Assembly (NCBI GenBank): GCA_964016885.1
Contig: OZ024741.1
Span: forward strand, 119,040,001 to 119,104,000
Source of the DNA: Eledone cirrhosa
Lineage: Eukaryota
Direction of reading: 5' to 3'
DNA length: 64,000 bases
Shown here: one piece after another, positions 54,504 to 64,000 of the stretch
How the letters are laid out: each line of letters begins with the position of its first letter
Position numbering within the stretch: the first letter of the stretch is position 1
Position numbers and translations under genes: made by a program
The notes under the pieces: generated by a model
Told to the model about the DNA's origin: nothing
The model's database searches: none
Seen by the model: the letters and a program-made list of their open reading frames with translations, nothing else

Positions 54504-54509
<6 letters not shown>
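54127..54509. mobile_element. ~380-bp fold-back element with HHRs at 54246-54284 (-) and 54351-54389 (+)
   Basis: TGAAC-CTGAAGA-T-TGC gaaa GCA-T-GAAA-GTAC-TT-GTTCA; centre at ~54317. Confidence 0.9.
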
Positions 54510-54549
<40 letters not shown>

Positions 54550-54551
<2 letters not shown>

Positions 54552-57421
54552 GGAAAATTTGAACAGGAACAAAACAGAGAGGCAGTACAACGAATGTTTA
54601 TTAATTTCACGCTCTGGAGAGTGGGGTGGTGGTGGGGAACGACGTTTCGGGCATAAGCCCTTCCTCAGGTGAGAAGTGTGTGGGAAGAGAGTTCAACGGG
54701 TGTGTAGGGGAGTCGTGGAGAGACATATAGCGAAAAGGGAGTGGGAGGAAACGGTGCGAATTAAATTAAAAATTAAAATTAAAATAAAGCATGATCAAAA
54801 TAAAATGAAATGAAATAAAAATAAATATAAAAGCATGATCAAAATAAACTGAAATTAAAAAGGGGTAAAACAAGAGGTGGAAGGGTGTGGGGTGTGTAGG
54901 AGTGGTGGCGGGTGGAGTGGGGAGAGGGAGACGGGGTGTCCGAGCGGGGAAGGCTGAAGGTGGTGTGTGTGTGTAGGTGTACGTGTGTGTGTGTGTGTGT
55001 GTGTATGTGAAAGCAAGAGTTGGAGGAAGAACGGGGTTGTATGTTCAGGAAGAGGTGTCTGTGGGGTGTAGGTCGGAGTGTGTGTGCGTGTGTGGATAGA
55101 GGGGTGGGGGGAGAGGAATCCGGAGGCTGAAGGTGTAAATATGTGGTGGAAAGCACGTGTGTGTGTGGGATTTAAGCGTGTTGAGGGTGTAGGTGGCGTG
55201 TGGGAGAAAAAATTTTTTGGGGTGTGTGTGTGGGTGAGTTATATAGGTGATTCCGTAAGAGGATGTGGTTGAAATGTTGGTAAACTCCTATGATGGTAGT
55301 AGATTCTACGGTGGTCAAGTTCCATATACGAGTATTCCATGAAGAGATGGTCGGAAGAGGAGAGATGTGGGGTGCGCGCGCAACAGGAATTGGTCAAGGC
55401 GGTGGGAGTGCTGTGTGTCTGTTTGTGCTGGGAGGTGGTCAGAGGGCATAGCAGCAGTCGGGTGGAATGGTAAAGGGGCGAGGATAGGTAGGTGTGAAAG
55501 TTGGAGTGAGGAGGGTGTGTGTGTGTGTGTATTAGTAGAGGTGTTAGTGGGATGAGTGAGTGTGGAGAAACGGTGTGGGTGGAACGGGGAGAGAAGGGTG
55601 TGGGGGTCGATGGAGGGAGTGTGGTGTACTGGTGTGTGTGTAGTTTGATGAAGGGGGTGTTAGTGGGTATTAGTATACGGGAGGTGGAGAAAGGGTTGAA
55701 TGCAGGTGTGAGTGGGGGTAAGTGGTGGTAGGGTGTGTAGAGTTGGTGGTGTACAAGGGTGTGTGGGTACGTATGCGTGGGGTTGGGGGGTGTTAGTGTT
55801 GTTAGTTGCGTGTGGGGTGGGTGGTGTAAGTGGGTGCGTGTGTTCGTGTGCTTGGGGTCAGGGGGTGTTAGTGATGTTAGTTGCGGGGTGGTGGGATGGA
55901 GGTGTGGGGGTGAGGGTTAGTGGTGGTAGTAGGGTGTGTGTTTAGTGTGAGCGCGTGTATATATGTGCCGGTGGGTGTGTGCGTGTGATAAGGAGGGGGG
56001 GAAGAAGAAGGGAGGGATGTTAGTATGTTAGTTGGGGAAGGGTGGTCGGATGAGGGATGGAGTGGAGGTGTTAGTATTGTTAGTTGTGGGGTGGGCGGTG
56101 AAAAGGAGGGGTGTGTTAGTGGGGGATATGTGTGGGGGGAGGGGGTCGGTCGAAGGCTAAAAGAATAAGGGTGGGGAGTTCAGGCTGGGGGAGTGTGGGT
56201 CTGTAAGATGAAGATGGTTCTTTGTTCGACTCTGAGGAGATTGGCGGGTGTTCCGTGGCATTGGAGTAGGCCACAGATGTGAGATGGCGTGCGGAATGTC
56301 CAGGGGCACCAAAGTGGCGGGCGATGGGGGAACTACCACCGAGACGAATATCCCGGAGGTGCTCAGTGAATCGGTCCGCCAGGCGACGTCCCGTCTGTCC
56401 GACGTAAGTCGCGCTGCACTCCGTGCAGCGAAGTCAGTAGACTAGGTTGGAGGAGGTGCAGCGGAAGGCATGCCGGACAGAGAGAGAGTGGCCGTTGGGA
56501 CCCTGGAGGTGGTTGGTGATGTGGGGACAGGTGTTGCAGCGGGGCCTAGAACAGGGAAAGGAACCGGGGGGGGGTGAAAGAGCGTGGGTTGGGGGGTAGG
56601 GAGCTGTGGACGAGGAGGGTGCGGAGATTGCGTGCGCGTTTGAAGGAGGGGAGTGGTGGGGTTGGGAAGATGTGGGAGGTAAAGGGGTCGGACTGGAGGC
56701 GTCGGAAGAGGCGGCGGATTGTGCGATGGAGGGGTAAGGTGGAGGGGTGGTAGGTGATGGGGAAGGGGAGACGGTGGGTGGGTGTGCGGTGGCGTGGGGT
56801 GAGGGTGGTGGAGCGGCGGACAGCACGGGCGCGGGTGAGAGCGGTGTGAACGAGAGAGGGGGGTAACCTCTGCGGATGAAATGGCTGACTAGGGAAAGGG
56901 CCTGGGACTCGAAGTCAGCATCTCGGCTACAGAGGTGGCGGATCCTGAGGAGTTGGGATTAGGGAATAGAGTGTTTAGTGTGTGTGGGTGGGAAGAGGTG
57001 GAGTCGAGGTAAGAGTGGGAGTCGGTGGGTTTGAAGAAGGCGGAGGTGACGAGGGAGTGGTGGGAGGGGTCGAAGGCGACGGAGATGTCTAAGAAGTGGA
57101 CGTGGGTGGTGGAGATAGAGGTGGTGAAGTGGAGGGAGGGGTGGAAGGGGAAGAAGAAGGAGAGAAAGGAGTCGAGCTGTTCTCGGGTGAGGGTCGTGGC
57201 TCTGATACAGTCGTCAATGTAACGACCGTACAGTTCGGGCGTGGGGCCGGTGTACTGGGCAAAGATTTGGGCCTCAACATGGCCAACAAAAAGGTTGGCA
57301 TAGTTCGGGCCCATTCTTGTACCCATGGCTACCCCCGTGACCTGTTGGTAAAACTCACCCGAGAAGGAGAAACAATTGAGGGTGGGGACCAGCTCGGCGA
57401 GGCGAAGGAGGGTGGGGGTAC
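54550..57421 (-). mobile_element. Neptune-like Penelope element, 5'-truncated and frameshifted, long low-complexity 3' region, terminal HHR at 54638-54671
   Basis: YQQVTGVAMGTRMGPNYANLF, RYIDD, FLDI, KPTDSHSYL, CSRPRCNTC, CTSSNLVY, YVGQTGRRLADRFTEH; CTGAGGA-A-GGGC ttat GCCC-GAAA-CG-TC; (TA)n flanks. Confidence 0.9.
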
Positions 57422-57668
57422 ATATATATATATATATATATATAAGGGATAACAAAATATCGTTATAGGTAATCCAGTTAGAGATTGTGAATACTTCTTA
57501 TTGTGGATAGTTTTAGCGTACGGCTTTATTTGATTCAACAAGAGGTTTACGTAGATGGCGAGTTTATGATTTAACTTGTATTCCTATGTAAGTTTATCTT
57601 AGAGTAATAACATTGAAAAAATGTGAAGAATAACATGGTCAACAGTACAAAAAAGGGGAATTTATTTA

Positions 57669-57778
57669 CAGTCTAACAATTGTTTCTCTGATTGAGTTGT
57701 CTAAAAATTGCTGAACACTAGAAGCAGTGCCACTCAATTTTAAATACGATGTTAGCTCTGTCATGTCACCAGAAACTG
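57669..57778 (-). ncRNA. Degenerate hammerhead with long stem II
   Basis: CAGTTT-CTGGTGA...GAAA-CAATTG-TT-AGACTG; core A6 reads G. Confidence 0.55.
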
Positions 57779-58526
57779 TTATAAAAATATATATAACCGG
57801 TAAATCTACAAATTCAAATTACAGCATCAATAATAATATTAGTAATAAAGATAGAGAGAGAACAAAAGAAAGAAAGAGAGATAGATAAAGGAAAAATAAA
57901 AAGAAGAAAAAAGAAAAAGAAAAAGGAGAAATGAAAAAAGAGAAGGATATAGAGAAAAAAAGATGTAGAGAAATGAGGATAGAAAGAGAATAGAAAAGGA
58001 TAGAGGAGAAATGACGTAAGAGAAAAAATGATATCAACAATAGATCAATAAATGTTAATACAGGAATAAATGTTAATAGATGAATAAATATAAATAAATA
58101 AATAAATAAATGAATAACTAAAGAAATTATATTGAGTATGATACAAAATATGAAATATAAAAATATGAAAATATGAAAGTAAATAAGTAAAATGTGCGAA
58201 GAAATTTAAAGATATAAAGATTATTGAAAGTGGTTAAAATATAGAGATGCGAAGGTATAAATATGATAATGTGTGTATTGGTTATTTTAATAAATTAATT
58301 ATATAATTAATTAATTATTTGATTAATTAGTTGTATGTTATATTAGAAGTGAAAATGATATGATAAGATAAAATACTAGGGATGAAATAAATTTAGGGAG
58401 AGAAATAGAGATAGAAAGATAGAGATACATAAAATATGAATGTAAATATAAGAGGTTTTGATGCTGGTTCATTGATAGATGGTGACAATTATAACAATAA
58501 TGATGATGACGTGATATTATAATAGA

Positions 58527-58557
<31 letters not shown>

Positions 58558-59812
58558 TGGGTAATTGCTGGCCTTGTGCCTAAAGTAGAAACAATTATAT
58601 ATATATATTGGAAAATGTGAGAGATCCTTGGTATAGTTAGGTATATTTGAAAAAAAAAAGAAAAGAATGATTTCACTTGTAGTTGGTATTCTATAACAAT
58701 TTGATTTTATAATTTTACAATTTTATAATTTTATGATTTTGCTATGTAGATCTAATAAATCCTTTGTTAACTTCTGTGGAAAGTTTTTTTTTTTAGAAAT
58801 CCTGGTCAACTTTCTGGAGAATTTTCTCGCATTCGTCAGTGACTATTGTCAAACTGATTTAATGTCATAATGTGTTGGTGCATATATAAAGAATTTGGTT
58901 GTATGTTCTTTATATCTCACTAACACTTCCCCAGACACAGGTACACAGTCAATCCATCCGGAACTATGGTAAATGACACTTACCCAAGATGTCACACAAC
59001 AGGATCGATCCTAGAACGATTTCGAGGCGAACTTCTTAGCCATTCGGCTAAGCTACACCCATGGTAGTTTTAATACAGCGAGTTGGAAAACAGAATGTCT
59101 TTACAATAAAATACTTTGTGGTATTGTCTAGATTCTGAGTTCAATACTGGTTGCGGTTGATTTTGCATTTTTACTCAACTGAAGTTGATAAAATCAATAC
59201 CAATACAATAATTGATTATCTCCAGCGTCAGACAACATGCCCTTTATGTTCTGAGTTCAAATCCCGTCGAGGTTGCTTTTGCCTTTCAGCTTCACGGGGT
59301 CGATAAAATAAAGTACCAATCACGCACTGGGGTCGATTTAATCAACTTTCCCCTCCCCCAAAATTGCTGGCCTTGTTCCTAAATCAGAAACAATTATAAT
59401 CATTATTATCGGTGGATTGGCAGTATCGGTAGAGGGTCGGACGCCATGCTTTGACATAGAGAGTTACGGCCCTTGCCATTCTGAGTTCAAATCCAGCCGA
59501 GGTTAACTTTGCTTTCATCCTTATGGGGTCGATAAAATAAAGTACCAGTAATACACTGGGTAATTGCTGGCCTTGTGCCAAAAGTAGAAACAATTATTAT
59601 AGAATAATTTGTCTAAAATAATTCAGAGTTTTATTAGTCCATAGAATTTTAATATTAAATATTCACAATTGTCATCGCCATTGTCGTCGTCGTCATCGTA
59701 GTCGTCATTGTCGTCATCGTTATCCTCGTAGGTAGGACAAATAGTTGTAAAAATCACCACAAGAGTGTTGTAACTAGTTTTTTTTAATCTGACTGAGAAA
59801 ATGACAAGTCAG

Positions 59813-60330
59813 TCAATCATAATGGTGGCCTCCCCACAGCCCCGGCGAACAGAATAGAGAATGCGTTTCCCGGAGGACGGCAAGGGAGACGCGCTGGAAA
59901 AGCCATTCCAACTCGCGGGGCTCACACCTGCAGCTGGCCAGCTTAGCGCCTATGGTGGTGAGTAGGGAGGTAGCCCTAGGCCCGAGGACACTAGAAGTCT
60001 CCATTGCCAAGGGTCCGACCGCAAACCTGTCAGAGAGCGACCAGTACTTGAAGAGCTTGGCCTTCTCAGCCCGTGCAGCAGAACCCGGCTGCAGAAAGTG
60101 TCGGTGCAAGTGGCAACCCCGACGAGGGGTTTGCCACCGCGGAACAGGAAGATGGTCATGCCATCTGGCCTTTTGCCGCCCCCTCGGTCCAGCCCCACCG
60201 GCTCGAGCTGGGAAGGGAAGCCCGCAGCGTCCAAGTCATGCTTTATGACGTCGTTGAGGGCAGCATGGCGTGAAAGACGGCCGGAACTGTGGCGACAGGA
60301 AAGCGGGTGGAGGCCGAAAGAGTCCTTGTC
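59813..60330 (-). mobile_element. CRE-like RLE non-LTR retrotransposon C-terminal fragment
   Basis: [64 protein letters not shown]. Confidence 0.8.
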
Positions 60331-60737
60331 GTCGCTGTCGTCGTTCTGGTTGTCGTTGTTGTTGTTTATTTTATTAAGTCAAATAGAGGCATGTAAAATA
60401 GGCAAGTATGTAAGGAGTTGGTGTGGAGTCGGTAGGTAGGCAAGTGGATGGGTGGATAGCTAGGTAGGTAGGCAAGTTGATGGGTATGTAGGTATGTAGG
60501 TAGGTAGATAGGTAGATAGGTAGATAGGTTGCCATCTTCCTTCGAATAGGTAGGTAGGTAGATAATTAGGTAGGTATGTATGTAGGTAGGCATGCATGTA
60601 TGTATGTTTGTAGGTATGTATGTAGGTAGGTAGATAGATATATAGGTAGGTAGGTAGGTAGGTAGGTAGGTAGGTAGGTAGGTAGGTAGGTAGGTAGGTA
60701 GGTAGATAAGTAGGAAGGTAGGTAGATAGATAGATAG

Positions 60738-61495
60738 ATTTCTTTATTTGCCACAAGGGCGCACAAGAAAAGAGGACAATACAAAGACATATGTCGGGAT
60801 TTTACATACAGTCGTGTAAATATATTATTAAAACAAACAAATTTAACAATCGAAATCCCCAATGGGGGGGGGGGGGGGGGGGGCTTTACAAATGGGTTGT
60901 TTAATACCCCGTAGATAGAACAACCCTCAACTTCAGGAGCGTGTTGTGCAAGTGCTCCTTTCTTCCTTTTGCTCTCTTCTTCAACCTACAGGCTTATAAA
61001 CAGAGAAGGCCCAATCACTCGGGCCATTTTCGCTTCATTCACCAACCTTTCAGTAAATTTACTGGGGTGCAGTGCCTCTCTCTCCACCCTGATTCTCCTT
61101 CTAAAGTGATACTTAAAGAAGGGAATCAATTGTTGTCCGGAGAGAAAGGCATCTGTCCTCAGTCCTCTCAACCTCGTCCACCATATAACTTCTTTCACCA
61201 TAGCCACCGTACAGAGGAAAACCGCCTCTCTTTCGTTTTTGAAAGAGGCTGGCGGTTTGATCCTTACTATGGACTCGGGAGTCAACTGGATTTGTCCCAT
61301 ACGCGACAGCAGTTGTTCTGCGTAGTTCCACAGGTCGGTTACGCCCGGGCAGTGTACAATTGCGTGCAAGACAGTTTCAATGTCCTGCCCGCATCTTGGA
61401 CACGTCTTCTTGGAAGGATCCCTGCCGGGGCGTCGGTGCCTGTAGATCTTGTCACGAACTGGTAGAGCTCCTCGGTAGCACTGCCAGGCCAGGGG
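60738..61495 (-). mobile_element. 5'-truncated Tx1/L1-clade LINE (subfamily of 11635-12740) in (GATA)n/(GGTA)n
   Basis: ORF 60986-61369 nearly identical to the C-terminus of 11642-12517. Confidence 0.88.
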
Positions 61496-61964
61496 ATAGA
61501 TAGATAGATAGGAAAGCAGTTAAATAAACTGACAGTTAGATAACTAGTCAGATAAACAGATATACAAACAAATAGTTAATTAGCGAGATAAATACATATA
61601 GATAGGTAAATAGTTAGATAGTTAGATAACTAATAGATAGTTAGATAGCTAATAGATAGTTAGATAGCTAATAGATAGATAGATAGTTAGTTAATTAGTT
61701 AGTAAGACAGACAGACAGAGATAAATAAATAAATATAGAGACAAAGAACTAGAGAGCTAGTTCGATAGATAGATAGATAGGCAGACAGTTTGACAGCTGG
61801 TCAGATGTCTAACTAGATAGATAGATAGATCGACGGTGAAAAAAGTATATTGAATCGGCAAACATGTAGGCAAGGTAATTAAAAGCTGTAGCTTCAAACA
61901 CAATAGACGGAATGGATACGAAAAACATACATTGGCAATTCTCCCTGAAACATACATTAATATG

Positions 61965-62007
<43 letters not shown>

Positions 62008-62090
62008 CAAACACGCATATATTTTATACATATATAAATGCATACATATATGTATCTGTATGTATACACGCACGCACACACACGCACACA

Positions 62091-62226
<136 letters not shown>

Positions 62227-63136
62227 TATTCATTATATATGTAGTTCAATATATGTATATAATGAAATAATGAAACATTTCGTGTTTATTGCGTTCAGCT
62301 AACGTCTATTGAAGTCTTCGGCCATATTGATTTGTGGCTTGTTTAGTGGCGTTGCAAGAAATGGCGATGGAAATACTTTGATTAAGTCCGGACGAGGATG
62401 TAACGAACAAATATCAACTTACTGATCACATTAAGCGGAGAGAAACTTGAAAGTGTAATAAAAAATCTTTTTTTCTTGTTATTTTTAGTTGTTTTTTTTT
62501 ACGAACGTGGATTTATATGAGTATAGAAGTAATGAGAACAACCATAGATGCATGTTCACGTACACTCATACGCACACTCACAGACGCATTCATATATATA
62601 TATATATGTATCTCGGGTTCAATCGGGGGTAACCACAGCAAGTAAGGTACTCAATACATAGCAGGGTATAAATATTTAATATAGAAATGGCTTCTACAGG
62701 ATTACAACTGTTTCATTCGGAAATCATCAGGAAAGCCCCTGATGATTTCTTCCGAATGACTGGTACTCTATTTTATCGATCCTGTAAGGATGAAAGGCAA
62801 AGTTAACCTCGGCGGCATTTGAACTCAGACCATAAAGGGCCGTAACTCTTTGCTGCAAAGCATGGCGTCCGACCCTCTACCGATACTGCCAATCCAAACA
62901 CCGTCTATATTTTGTCGTTTAAATGTACGTATACGAATTTTGTCCTCGTCGTACAATTTCATATAAGTTCTACTTCACTTTCGTCTTATAAAATACTCCA
63001 GGACAGTGTTTGTCTATCTTGCCAGACATTATGATCCCGAACTAACCAGCAGTACTGTCGGTAGGGGTCGAAATTGTACGTCCATTTCGACAGCCAATTA
63101 CCATGGGGTTCTTATATCTGTTGCCATACGTACATG

Positions 63137-63183
<47 letters not shown>

Positions 63184-63187
63184 TTAC

Positions 63188-63226
<39 letters not shown>

Positions 63227-63236
63227 CGTGCATGTA

Positions 63237-63317
<81 letters not shown>

Positions 63318-63574
63318 GTGTGTCTGTGTGTGTGTGTGTGTGTACATGTATATATGTATTTAGGGACCTGTAACTCCTGGTGGAGTTGTAGGGGTGTCTT
63401 AGTGACATGCAGCGTGTCTTGGACATTTTAAAAACTTGGCGGACCCATCCTCTACCAGGTTTATTTTCGAGAAGAAGGCAGTGAGAAAGAGATAAGGTAG
63501 AAATGAGAAAGAGATATAGAAGAAGAATCAACTCCAGTTCTGGACTGGTACCTTTTTATCGTCCTCGATATTAT

Positions 63575-63795
63575 TATGAAAAGCAAAGACCATCGAGAAA
63601 GTAGACAGTTATGTGTACCTCGGAAAGAAGGTTGCAAAAGATAGTGCCCTACTTCCAGAGGTCAAAAGAAGGATTGTGCTTGGTTGGGCAGCTTTTTGAA
63701 AAGTTTATAACATCATTAGACGTCCCAAACCAACAATCGAATCCAAAAGAAAACTGTTTAATGAATATGTTCTGCAGGTGATGACATATGAAATG
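63575..63795 (+). mobile_element. RTE-like RT fragment
   Basis: IEKVDSYVYLGKKV...EVKRRIVLGWAAF*...KRKLFNEYVLQVMTY. Confidence 0.7.
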
Positions 63796-63797
63796 AG

Positions 63798-63904
<107 letters not shown>

Positions 63905-64000
63905 CGTGTGTGTGTGTGTAATTGTATCGGTATATATGTATACCATGGTGTTTAAACGAAACAAGGATGTCAGCAGTTTCAGCTCCCTGTTTCCCCCTCG

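Overview
Eukaryotic, AT-rich, microsatellite-saturated DNA with no recognisable host gene. The SINE types and the density of (TA)n/(CA)n/(GATA)n/(CATA)n suggest a cephalopod (Octopus-like) genome; this is inference. Nearly all ORFs in the track are microsatellite artefacts. The real coding remnants are retroelement fragments: seven Tx1/L1-like LINE 3' ends (six at TATCT/(TATC)n sites), R4/Dong-like RT-RLE elements followed by (CATA)n, CRE-like and RTE-like fragments, two groups of GIY-YIG Penelope-like elements (PLEs), a Tc1/mariner fragment, MITEs and tRNA-derived SINEs. The main signal is non-coding. By manual reading I find more than 20 type I hammerhead ribozyme (HHR) motifs (stem I - CUGANGA - stem II - GAAA - short, often palindromic stem III - UH - stem I) in about a dozen unrelated short families. 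These include a 310-bp HHR-bearing tandem array (retrozyme-like) and many elements inserted in (TA)n as fold-back inverted pairs with both 3' ends pointing outward. Several HHRs have non-canonical features: a U.U pair or bulge at the base of stem II, large structured stem II insertions with covariation, and family-specific stem III palindromes. All structures were folded by eye; no searches or computations were run.
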